This document shows, piece after piece, positions 43,811 through 52,748 of a stretch of 64,000 bases of DNA (its first letter is position 1; each line of letters begins with the position of its first letter). A program made the translations under genes and the position numbers. The DNA comes from Myxococcota bacterium. Its GTDB lineage: Bacteria; Myxococcota_A; SURF-8; G963663525. A model generated the notes under the pieces. That model was given only the letters and a program-made list of their open reading frames with translations. It had not been told where the DNA came from and did not search any database. The DNA lies in NCBI GenBank assembly GCA_963676915.2, contig CAXXVK010000072.1, positions 96,001 through 160,000 of the forward strand, in the 5' to 3' direction.

Positions 43811-46213
43811 ATGAAGTTTTTTTCTTTTACTCTGTTGGCTTTGTTTTTTGCTGGAATCCTGCTTTTGGGTGGGTGTTCCTCCGACAACGACGACGTAACG
43901 CAAAATCCACCAGGTGACGAAGATAGCGACACCGTCGAAATCGTTGGGGAAACCGACGAGGAATCCGTCGAGGATGATGTGTTCCAACCCCCTGAAGTTA
44001 CTTGCGAAACACCGTGGGAACTCGATTCGGAACCCTGGACGCCAACGGCGACTTACCAAGATGTTGCCTATCGGCAGAAGCAATCCAGGCTGGTCGAGGA
44101 TGGTCTGCCACTCGTGACGATCGACGGTGTGGACGGACAGCAGCCTGCTGTGTTTGCCGTGGTGGCGTTGGAAAGTTCTCGCAGCGTGCTGGCGGCGACG
44201 GGTTCGGGCCTGTTTACGATTACGGAGATGGGAGAGACGGAAAAAGTCACGACCTGGCCGGAAGTTTCTTATGACCGGTTCATGCGTCTCGATGACACAA
44301 CGTATGCCGCCATTTCCGGTCGAACGTTGTATGTCGGTGGAGTCGATGCCGCGCCGACCTCTACGGAACTCGATCAGGACATTCGCGCTACCGTGGTGTC
44401 AAGTAATGGAAATCTTTGGGTTATTAAGGAATCTTCGGAGATTCTGTTGCTGGATGTCTCGACCGGTCAAACTTTGGAAACCTATGGACCTTCGGCGGCG
44501 TTTCAGGTCAACGATCTGTGTGAGTGGAATGGTAAACTCGAGTTGGGTACGACTTTGGGAGTCTGGGAAGTGGATCGTAGCGACGGTTCGCAGCAGGTCA
44601 AGGTCGCTGCCGAATCTTTACCCAAACCGGATGTGCGAGGGGTCGAATGCCTGGACAATGAAAGCCTTTGGTTAGCTACGGAAAACGGGTTGATCGGTGT
44701 CGAGGGAGAGACGTTGACGATCTTAAGGGGGAGTCAGGGATTGCCCTATCGGGATCTGCAAGGAATTTCTCGTAATTCCGAGGGGTTGTTGCTGCTAAAG
44801 ACTGAAAAAGGCTTGATCACCTACAAACCGGAAACGCAGGCGTGGGATTATTTCCATACCCGTTATTGGGTGCCGAACTGGTTTATTTATGATGTGGCTT
44901 GGCTGCCCGATGGAACGCTGTTCATTGCGACCCAGGGAGGTCTTGGTATCGTGTATACCACAGCGATGACTTTGGCCGACAAGGCTGCGGTGATCGATCT
45001 GGGCTACTATACCCGTCACAATCGCTATGGCATGTTTTCACAATGTCGTTTGGGCGCTCCGGGGGATTTGTCCCAGCCGCTGGTAAATGACGACGACAAC
45101 GACGGGCAGTGGACCAACCAGTATCTGGCTTCTCAATGTTTTCGGTATGCCGTAACCGGTGACGAGACGGCGCGCCAATATGCCTCGGAAGCGGCGGAGG
45201 CGATGCTTAAACTGCTGAACGTGACGGGTAAGCAGGGGTTCTTCTCGCGCTCGATCGTTCCGCCGGATGAGTGCCTGCAAAAACTCGCCTGCACGCCGGA
45301 TTGTGGAGAATGGCATGCGTACCAGGAGGAGAACGGCGAGCAGTGGTGCTGGAAGGGCGATACCTCGACCGATGAATATGTCGGACATATGTTCGGACTG
45401 TCGCTGTTTTACGATCTCGTGGCTGATGAAACCCAGAAACAGGCGGTGCGCGAAGCCTATTCGGAATTGCACCTGGGGATCATCGAACACGGCTTCACCA
45501 TCGAAGATATCGACGGCGAGGTGACTACGCACGGGCAGTTTTCGCCGGAATTCATGGATATTTTCGGACGTTTTGGAGACGCCGGGCTGAACTCGGCGAT
45601 GGTTCTCGGCGGTCTGCGTGCCACCTACCACATGACGGGCGATACACGTTTTCTCGAAGCGTTTTATTATCTCGCCGTGGAGCAAGGATACACCGACTGG
45701 GTAAGCCGCATCCAGGAAATCAACCACATTGCCCACATCAACCACGATGCGGAGGAAATGTCTTTTCTCGCGCTGTCCACGCTGATTCGATACGAAACCG
45801 ATCCCTGCCTAATGGCGTATTGGCAAAAAGGGCTGGATTGGCTGTGGGAGTCTCAGCGTATCGAAAACAACCCTGAATTCAATATGTTGTACGCCTGGAT
45901 GCGCAAAGCGAACGAAAACGATCTCGATCATTCGATTCAAACTCTGAAAGAAATGTATCTGAACGGGATCAAGTGGGAGGTGATCAACAGCCATCGCGCC
46001 GACTACGAAATGGACCCCGAGATCGACCGCCACGGCGACGAACAGGCCACCACCGTGTTTCCCTATGATCAGGATCAGGCAATGCGCTGGAGCGAAAATC
46101 CCTTCCGTCTCGACCACCCTGGCGACGGTCGCCTGGAAGAAATGATGCATCCCTGGTTGTTGCCCTACTGGCTCGGGCGTTATCTGGGTTTGATTTCGGA
46201 ACCTCAGAAGTGA
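43811..46213 (+). CDS. Lipoprotein: beta-propeller plus (alpha/alpha)-barrel-like domain of unknown function
   Basis: Lipobox LGGC; LWLATENGL/LFIATQGGL propeller blades; DNDGQWT..YLA..FRYAVTG and WKGDTSTDE motifs. Confidence 0.75.
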   Translation: MKFFSFTLLALFFAGILLLGGCSSDNDDVTQNPPGDEDSDTVEIVGETDEESVEDDVFQPPEVTCETPWELDSEPWTPTATYQDVAYRQKQSRLVEDGLPLVTIDGVDGQQPAVFAVVALESSRSVLAATGSGLFTITEMGETEKVTTWPEVSYDRFMRLDDTTYAAISGRTLYVGGVDAAPTSTELDQDIRATVVSSNGNLWVIKESSEILLLDVSTGQTLETYGPSAAFQVNDLCEWNGKLELGTTLGVWEVDRSDGSQQVKVAAESLPKPDVRGVECLDNESLWLATENGLIGVEGETLTILRGSQGLPYRDLQGISRNSEGLLLLKTEKGLITYKPETQAWDYFHTRYWVPNWFIYDVAWLPDGTLFIATQGGLGIVYTTAMTLADKAAVIDLGYYTRHNRYGMFSQCRLGAPGDLSQPLVNDDDNDGQWTNQYLASQCFRYAVTGDETARQYASEAAEAMLKLLNVTGKQGFFSRSIVPPDECLQKLACTPDCGEWHAYQEENGEQWCWKGDTSTDEYVGHMFGLSLFYDLVADETQKQAVREAYSELHLGIIEHGFTIEDIDGEVTTHGQFSPEFMDIFGRFGDAGLNSAMVLGGLRATYHMTGDTRFLEAFYYLAVEQGYTDWVSRIQEINHIAHINHDAEEMSFLALSTLIRYETDPCLMAYWQKGLDWLWESQRIENNPEFNMLYAWMRKANENDLDHSIQTLKEMYLNGIKWEVINSHRADYEMDPEIDRHGDEQATTVFPYDQDQAMRWSENPFRLDHPGDGRLEEMMHPWLLPYWLGRYLGLISEPQK

Positions 46214-46234
46214 GGAGTCTTTTAGAAGAAATCC

Positions 46235-47155
46235 CTACTTCATAACGACGGAGTCATCCTTTCCCCCCGGAATCGTAGGTGAATTCGGTGTTTCCACCGC
46301 TACCGTTGCCGGTCGAAGATCTTCGGCGTTTTGTGGCAGGATTTTGAACTCGCCGAAGCTGACGTGCAAAAAACCCGTAATCGACGCGAAACGGGTGCCT
46401 TCCGCCGGTTTTTCGTAGCGGTAGAGGGTGTCATCTACGACCAAGCCTCCAGTTGTTCGGAAACGACCGTATCCTATATTCGGTTTCATGACCGACACGT
46501 CGGAGACTTTGACCAGCCTATGTTTCCATTCATAGGCGGTGGCGCTGGCCGTGGCGACATCCTCGGGACGAATCTCTTGCGGTTTCGGCAACGTAACGTG
46601 GTTTCCTGTGGGTTTTATGCTTCCTTTTCTTCCCCGATAGGGCGTCAGTTCAAGCTGTGTGGAGCAATGGGGGTAGCGTGTCGGCGGAATTCCGCAGAAT
46701 TCCCGGTAGGTTGCCGTTACGTCGATCACGTCCCCGACCGCCAGTTTCGGAGGATCGTAGCCGTACTTCGGAGCGTCGGCGGTAGGCTTCCAGGTCAGCA
46801 TTGCACCGGACTTTGGACCGAAGCCGGAATCGGCAACGAAACGACCTCGTAACCCCTTTTTACCAATAGGAAACGACTCGGAGGTAACGACCAGCCCATG
46901 TAGGGTTACCGTGCCTTGGGGGCTTCGTTTGTCATCAGCAAGGCGGTTCAATGTGGAGAGGGTAGGTGGCTGATTTTTAGCTTGATCCTGCCGAAAAGGG
47001 TCATAGCGTTTCGTGGCTTGTTTCATCGCCTGTGTATCTTCAAGGGAGGTGTTTTGCTCCGGGTACGGGCAACAGGATTGGTCGCAACCCCACCAAAGGG
47101 TGCTCCAGCCCAACAGGAGAGCCAGTCCGATGACACGTTTCTTTACAAATTCCAT
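46235..47155 (-). CDS. Hypothetical lipoprotein with OB-fold-like domains
   Basis: Lipobox WWGC; VTLHGLVVT..FVAD, LAVGDVIDV, SITGFL..FKILPQ. Confidence 0.6.
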   Translation of the reverse strand: MEFVKKRVIGLALLLGWSTLWWGCDQSCCPYPEQNTSLEDTQAMKQATKRYDPFRQDQAKNQPPTLSTLNRLADDKRSPQGTVTLHGLVVTSESFPIGKKGLRGRFVADSGFGPKSGAMLTWKPTADAPKYGYDPPKLAVGDVIDVTATYREFCGIPPTRYPHCSTQLELTPYRGRKGSIKPTGNHVTLPKPQEIRPEDVATASATAYEWKHRLVKVSDVSVMKPNIGYGRFRTTGGLVVDDTLYRYEKPAEGTRFASITGFLHVSFGEFKILPQNAEDLRPATVAVETPNSPTIPGGKDDSVVMK

Positions 47156-47297
47156 AAGAATACCCTGTAAATATTAAATTAATCTTATGTAGGTTTATAT
47201 GTTGCATGTATGAGAGGTAAAAGTCAACTAAAAATGTGATAAAGAATAATAAATGACAACATGATAAGCGCAATAGATTATAAGTTCTTCTGGGAAA

Positions 47298-47367
47298 CAG
47301 GTCGGGTGATTTCACCCGACATTTTTCGAAAAAAGACCTTTGTGCCGGGCAAGAAATTTACCCGACC
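47298..47367. repeat. REP family A doublet
   Basis: CAGGTCGGGTGATTTCACCCGAC ... GCCGGGCAAGAAATTTACCCGACC; the second unit nearly matches 1597-1620. Confidence 0.75.
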
Positions 47368-47482
47368 GATTTACTTATTACAGATATAGGAGAATGGTTG
47401 TCGACGTGGATGCTCTACCGCGTAACAATACACTTCATAAGTACTGATAAAGCTACCGCTTCTAATGTACGACGTGAGAGAC

Positions 47483-48619
47483 TTACCAGTCGAACAATTG
47501 CGAAATGCCGAACGCTGCCAACGGCAGAAGGTAAAACACGCCGATGATGAAGAAAAATGCCACGCGCTTCTTTTCAACCGCGATTTCCGATAGTTTTCGG
47601 GCGATAGCCAATGGAATTTTGCGCATCGGTTTGATCCAGTACACGATGACCATACCGGTGAGATTGAAGCAGAGGTGTACGAAGGCGATGATCAGGCCGT
47701 TGACGTTTCCGGCCAATGAGGCCAGAATGGCGGTAATCGTTGTGCCGATATTCGCTCCGATGGTGATCGGGAACGCAACTTCCAGGCTCATGGCTCCGGC
47801 AGCGATCAACGGCACCAGCATGGATGTCGTAATGGAACTCGATTGAATGATGGCGGTCAGAATCATTCCGATAACCATGGCAAACACGGGATTCGCACCG
47901 AAAAGCCGGTCGATGGCGCGTTCCATTTTGCTGAGCATCAAAGCCCGCATGTTTTTCACGATGAAAATCAATACGATGAACAGCAAGCCCAGGGAAATAC
48001 CAATCATGAGTATCCCGGAGACGAACGGGTCCAATCCGAACGTGTCGAGGAACAGGGTTTTGACCATTCCCGTAGCGGGTTTCACGATGGCTTTGAGCGG
48101 GCTATGGAAATGAACGCCGGATGTTCCAGTGAAGACATGGGCTAGAGCCGTTGCCATTTTGGCAAGGTAACCCGTCATTATTTCCAGGGGAAGCAGGATA
48201 ATCACGGTCACGAAATTGAACATATCGTGGACGGTCGCCCCGGCAAAGGCACGGCGGAATTCGGTTTTATTCCCGATATGACCCAAGCTAACGATCAAGT
48301 TGGTAACCGAGGTGCCGATGTTTGCACCCATGATAATAGGAATGGCGTTGGGTACCGTAATCACGCCACCGGATACCATACCGACGACCATGGAGGTGGT
48401 AAACGACGAACTTTGCACCACCGCTGTGGCGAGAATGCCGATCATCAACCCGGTAAAGGGATTGGATGTGGCCGAGATCAACGCTTCGGCTGTTTCCTTG
48501 CCCAGCAGCTTGAAGGACGAACCCATCAAGCCGATAGCCACGAAAAACATGTAAAGCAGGAGCATAAACGCAAAAATGCGTAGCCATGTGGTCACTCGCG
48601 AAACAGGCTGTTGTTCCAT
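47483..48619 (-). CDS. Na+/phosphate symporter (NptA/SLC34-like)
   Basis: Two QSSS repeats (VQSSSFTTS, IQSSSITTS) and GANIGT motifs. Confidence 0.93.
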   Translation of the reverse strand: MEQQPVSRVTTWLRIFAFMLLLYMFFVAIGLMGSSFKLLGKETAEALISATSNPFTGLMIGILATAVVQSSSFTTSMVVGMVSGGVITVPNAIPIIMGANIGTSVTNLIVSLGHIGNKTEFRRAFAGATVHDMFNFVTVIILLPLEIMTGYLAKMATALAHVFTGTSGVHFHSPLKAIVKPATGMVKTLFLDTFGLDPFVSGILMIGISLGLLFIVLIFIVKNMRALMLSKMERAIDRLFGANPVFAMVIGMILTAIIQSSSITTSMLVPLIAAGAMSLEVAFPITIGANIGTTITAILASLAGNVNGLIIAFVHLCFNLTGMVIVYWIKPMRKIPLAIARKLSEIAVEKKRVAFFFIIGVFYLLPLAAFGISQLFDW

Positions 48620-48879
48620 GACGTCCCTTGAATAATTGTCGATTGCCTAGCAAGCTTCCTGACCAACAGAACGCACCCCTACGTCCTGTTTTGTGTCCCT
48701 TACGTAATGGTATCGGATGGAAAAGTCAAGCCGATATACCGTTTCAAACGAAAATCGAATCGGTAAAAACCCTTGAAAAACAAGAGGTTAAAAAACTAAT
48801 GCAAAGTTAACAAATCTTAAGGCTGGAAAAGCTCAATTATTCTAACGGGTTATAGCTTTTTTTATTGGCTTGTATTCCT

Positions 48880-49188
48880 TTATCGGTTTTCCCATAAAGG
48901 CTCGACGTTTTCGAGCGCACATTCCAAGAATTCGTCGCAATCGTCGAGAGATGCGCATTGGGTCAGAGCGGTGTTGATGGTTGTGTTCGACCCCCCGACG
49001 GCTACAGCGCTACATGCCTTTATACAATCTTCCTTTTCGCTGTCCGAGAGCGGGCTCACTCGGTCGCATTCCTGCATTTTCTCACAGTATTTTTGGCATT
49101 GTTTGATCTCGGACGGCGTTAATTCGTCTCCGCAACTCCAGGTGGTTCCAACGACAACCAACAATATCAATACGAAGCATTTTTTCAT
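48880..49188 (-). CDS. Small Cys-rich lipoprotein
   Basis: Lipobox TWSC; CQKYCEKMQECD..CIKAC..C....DCDEFLEC. Confidence 0.75.
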   Translation of the reverse strand: MKKCFVLILLVVVGTTWSCGDELTPSEIKQCQKYCEKMQECDRVSPLSDSEKEDCIKACSAVAVGGSNTTINTALTQCASLDDCDEFLECALENVEPLWENR

Positions 49189-49216
49189 TGCTTGAATGTT
49201 CCTTCGGGTCTTGTAT

Positions 49217-49711
49217 CTAGTCCAGCGGGTAGGGATAGTACTCGGGGTCTTCCTCGTTTTCTATGGGTTCCTGTTCCCAATAGCAATGGACAACCTCTGT
49301 ATAGGTGTCGGCGTTTTCCTCGAATTGTTCGTAATAGGTAAACACTCCGTTTTGAATGCACGTAAGAAACGTTTCACAATCGTTCAGACGGCAACAAGCC
49401 AACCGGCGAGGATACATAAAATTGTTGTCCGGCGTGCAACGTTCGAGGCATTGGTCCAACCATTCTTCCGTCAGGTAGCCGCTTTCGTCGCATTCTCCCA
49501 GTTTGTTGCAGTAGTTTACGCACTCCTGTTCGCAGGTCAGGTTTCCCCAGTAGGCCAGCATATCCATTTCTTCAAGATCGAAGTCCGCCCGAAGTTCTAT
49601 TGTACTCGGCAAGCCTTCGTCATACGTCGTTGAATCTTCACAGCCCATGACAACCCACGTGTTCCAAACGACGCAGCAAAGCAGAAATCCTGTCGTTTGG
49701 AAGATTCTCAT
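49217..49711 (-). CDS. Cys-rich lipoprotein, paralogue of the neighbouring gene
   Basis: Lipobox VMGC; CVNYCNKLGECD..CLERC..CC...DCETFLTC; TGATG coupling to the upstream mutase. Confidence 0.75.
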   Translation of the reverse strand: MRIFQTTGFLLCCVVWNTWVVMGCEDSTTYDEGLPSTIELRADFDLEEMDMLAYWGNLTCEQECVNYCNKLGECDESGYLTEEWLDQCLERCTPDNNFMYPRRLACCRLNDCETFLTCIQNGVFTYYEQFEENADTYTEVVHCYWEQEPIENEEDPEYYPYPLD

Positions 49712-51504
49712 CACGAACCTATGCTGAACGCGAGTTCACTTAAACGGCGGTCCATGGCGATCAGGCGATGGTGAGCGAACAGTTTGGCCTGGTCCAACCC
49801 GTGAGAGGAGAGAGGATCGAAAACGCTGTAATAGAACTTGATTTTCGGTTCGGTGCCGCTCGGACGCAAGGCAATCCAGCTTCGGCCTTCCTCTTCGAGG
49901 TGGAAAATCAGCAGGTTGGCTTTCGGTCCGTCGATTTGACCGATGACTTCGTTCTGTGGGCTACGGATCTCTCCGGTTTTGCGATCGAGGATGCGTACCA
50001 CTTTTTCGCTGGCGAACGAACACGGCGGCTTGGTGCGCATTTTTTCCATGATGGCTTCCATGACCTCTTGGCCCTGGGCGCCTTCAAAGAACACCGCACG
50101 TCCCCAGTCACGGAAGTAGCCGTATTTTCTGTAAATATCGTCCAGGAGGTCCATCAGCGTGCGCCCTGCGCCTTTCAATTCGCTGGCGACTTCGCAGAGC
50201 ATCAGGGCGGCACAGGCGGCGTCTTTATCCCGAACGGCGGCACCTTTCATGTAGCCGATGGACTCTTCGGTGCCGAACAGGAAATCGTCGGGATTTTCCA
50301 TAGCTTCGATTTCCTTGGCCAGCCATTTGAATCCCACGAGCAGATCGTGTTTTTCCTGGATTTTGTAGCGTTTGGCGATCGCGGGAATCAGAGGTGAAGA
50401 AACCGCCGTGGACAGCACAAGTTGCTCAGGGTGCAACTCGTTTTTTCCTTTCATCTTCGCGCAGATGTATTCGAGGATGATGGCAGCCGTCTGATTGCCG
50501 GTCAGAAGCGCCCATTCTTTGTTTTGCAATGGGGTAGCCGCCGCGAGACGGTCGGCGTCGGTGTCGGAAGCAAAGGCAACATCGGCACCGATTTCTCTGG
50601 CAAGTTGAACGGTTTCGATCATCGCCGCATCGTTTTCGGGATTGGCCTGATTATCGGCGACATTGGGGCAGGTTCCGTCCGGTTCGGCCTGTGATTCAAC
50701 CAGATGGATGTCTTCGAACCCGGCTTTTTTCAACATCGGAAGCACCGAAGTCACGCCGACACCGTGCAGCGGGCTGTAGACGATACGAGCGGTTCGTTTG
50801 GCGCTTAGGCTTCCTGCAAGAACCGAATCGATGAATGCCTCATCGATGTCCGTTTCCAGGTAGCGGATGGTTCCGGCCTCGACGGCCTCATCAAAAGGAG
50901 TAATTTCGATGGTTTCGACGTTTTTCACTTCCTCGATCAATTCCGCGTCGAGTGGCGGAGTGATCTGTCCGCCGTCGCTCCAATACGCCTTGAAGCCGTT
51001 GTCACTCGGTGGGTTGTGCGAAGCCGAAATGACGATACCGGCGTCGCAGTTCAAGTGGCGTACCGTAAACGAGAGTTGCGGCGTCGAGCGGAAACCGTCG
51101 AACAACAGGACTTCAATGCCATTGGCTGCCAGCACGCAGGCGGCGCTATGGCAGAACGCCTCGGAGGTCGTTCTCGTATCGTAGGCGATTGCGACCTTGG
51201 GGGTGTGGTCTTCCGTGGCTTTGAGTTTGTTTGCCAGCCCCTGAGAGCTTTCGGCGATGGCGATTTCGTTCATGCGGTTGGGGCCGATACCGACCGGTCC
51301 GCGTCTTCCCCCCGTTCCGAACGGGATGACTTGGTAGAACGCGTCGTTTAACGTGTCCCACTGCTCGTTCTCTATCATCTCGTGGAGAGCCTCGCGATAG
51401 GGAAGATATCGCTCCACAGTCAACCAGCGTTCGAGATGTTCTTTTGATGACGGGGCGATGCGTCCTTCCTGCGCCGCTAGGGCGACGGATTCCAGATCGT
51501 TCAT
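49711..51504 (-). CDS. Phosphoglucomutase/phosphomannomutase family protein
   Basis: FGTGGRRG, ISASHNP, DTDADR, GTEES, RPSGTEPKIK; GGAGG RBS before ATG 51504. Confidence 0.95.
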   Translation of the reverse strand: MNDLESVALAAQEGRIAPSSKEHLERWLTVERYLPYREALHEMIENEQWDTLNDAFYQVIPFGTGGRRGPVGIGPNRMNEIAIAESSQGLANKLKATEDHTPKVAIAYDTRTTSEAFCHSAACVLAANGIEVLLFDGFRSTPQLSFTVRHLNCDAGIVISASHNPPSDNGFKAYWSDGGQITPPLDAELIEEVKNVETIEITPFDEAVEAGTIRYLETDIDEAFIDSVLAGSLSAKRTARIVYSPLHGVGVTSVLPMLKKAGFEDIHLVESQAEPDGTCPNVADNQANPENDAAMIETVQLAREIGADVAFASDTDADRLAAATPLQNKEWALLTGNQTAAIILEYICAKMKGKNELHPEQLVLSTAVSSPLIPAIAKRYKIQEKHDLLVGFKWLAKEIEAMENPDDFLFGTEESIGYMKGAAVRDKDAACAALMLCEVASELKGAGRTLMDLLDDIYRKYGYFRDWGRAVFFEGAQGQEVMEAIMEKMRTKPPCSFASEKVVRILDRKTGEIRSPQNEVIGQIDGPKANLLIFHLEEEGRSWIALRPSGTEPKIKFYYSVFDPLSSHGLDQAKLFAHHRLIAMDRRLSELAFSIGS

Positions 51505-51768
51505 CCATTTCCTCCGGTAAAGCGTTGTGCACCGAGTAAGATTATCACCGATTGGGCGGGCACACAAGCAAACAGAATCACGAGACAGATGATTTTTATC
51601 TTTTTAGGCTCATGCCGGTAGGTTCTTTGGGGAGAGGGAAGGATCGTATCATTTCGGTATGAATTCGCGATAAATCTTGTGAAATCATAGTGTTGGGAGA
51701 ATGTGCATCTCAAAATGACGCGATTTTTTCTCTTTGATCTGAAAATTCGGACTCTGGTATTGTGGTTG

Positions 51769-51826
51769 TAACTTGTTGAAAATACGTGGGATTATGGTTT
51801 TTATGTGTTTTGGCACTCTATTTGCT
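51769..51826 (+). promoter_or_regulatory. Sigma54 promoter with IHF-like site
   Basis: TGGCACTCTATTTGCT (51811-51826), near-consensus; TAACTTGTTGAAA (51769-51781) is a one-mismatch reverse IHF site. Confidence 0.8.
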
Positions 51827-51863
51827 TTGATAATGGGCGTTATCGCGCTCGTAAGGCAGATGG

Positions 51864-52292
51864 ATGAAATTACACCGGAACGCAGGCCCCCAATCCCAAG
51901 GGTCGAAAGATAACAGAACGATGCGAGTGTTGGTAGTTGATGATGAGCGAAACCAACGGGAAACCATCTGCCGCGGGCTTTTCCTTTACGGATATGATTG
52001 CATCTCCGTAAAGGATCTCGATGACGCCCTGTTGATCCTGAACGGACCGGATGGGCAAGGCATCGAGATGCTGATAACGGATATGACCAAGCCCGGCACC
52101 GATGGGTGTGGGCTGATTGACAACATCAAAGGCTTGCATGAGAACCTGAGAGTTCTCGTCATTGCAGGGTTGCACCGTACGGCCGAGATCGATTGTCTAC
52201 GGCGTCGGGGTATCACGATCCTGCAAAAGCCATTCGATCCGGACAACCTCCACATGCTGATGCAGCGGATGGTGTCGGACCGAAACCATTGA
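51864..52292 (+). CDS. Single-domain response regulator (atypical)
   Basis: VLVVDDE, LITDMTKP, QKPF; the conserved Thr/Ser is replaced (VIAG). Confidence 0.85.
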   Translation: MKLHRNAGPQSQGSKDNRTMRVLVVDDERNQRETICRGLFLYGYDCISVKDLDDALLILNGPDGQGIEMLITDMTKPGTDGCGLIDNIKGLHENLRVLVIAGLHRTAEIDCLRRRGITILQKPFDPDNLHMLMQRMVSDRNH

Positions 52293-52491
52293 CATACAAA
52301 TAAACGAACACTTTCCCATACCTCACCTTTAATTTCCCTTCTTCTTCTGCTTCAATTATCCCCTTCCTACGCTTTTTTTCGCCTGCCCGGGGGAGACTGA
52401 CCCTCCCCCGCAGGTCCTTTCCAACGCTTCGAGCTTCCGGGGTGCATTTGGATTACGGTGATTGGTGAAGAATTCGAATCCCCCTTTTTAT

Positions 52492-52521
52492 AAAGCCAGC
52501 AATTTTTTTGCTGGCTTTTTT
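52492..52521 (+). terminator. Rho-independent terminator
   Basis: AAAGCCAGCAA-loop-TTGCTGGCTTT followed by further Ts. Confidence 0.8.
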
Positions 52522-52748
52522 CATGGTTTCAGGTAGGGAAATGACCTACAAAACGTAAAAGGGGGGATTACTTTCGGGAAAAACTTGCCTGAAAGGTAAT
52601 TCTATTCAAAATAAAATGAAAAAAACGCCAAATTCATGCATGAATTTTGTACAAGATTCAACTAATGCATGGAAACGAAAAGGCAATCTTGACTGAAAAA
52701 CCGGTTTTTACCAGTAATTTCAGTTGGTTGATAATACGAGAGGAAATT

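Noticed and set aside
48785-48825. Possible Pho box upstream of the Na/Pi symporter (TTAAC-like repeats)
   Set aside because: Repeats are not at 11-bp periodicity; the region is simply AT-rich.
52435-52486. tRNA-like TTCGAATCCC
   Set aside because: No cloverleaf, D-arm or acceptor stem can be built.
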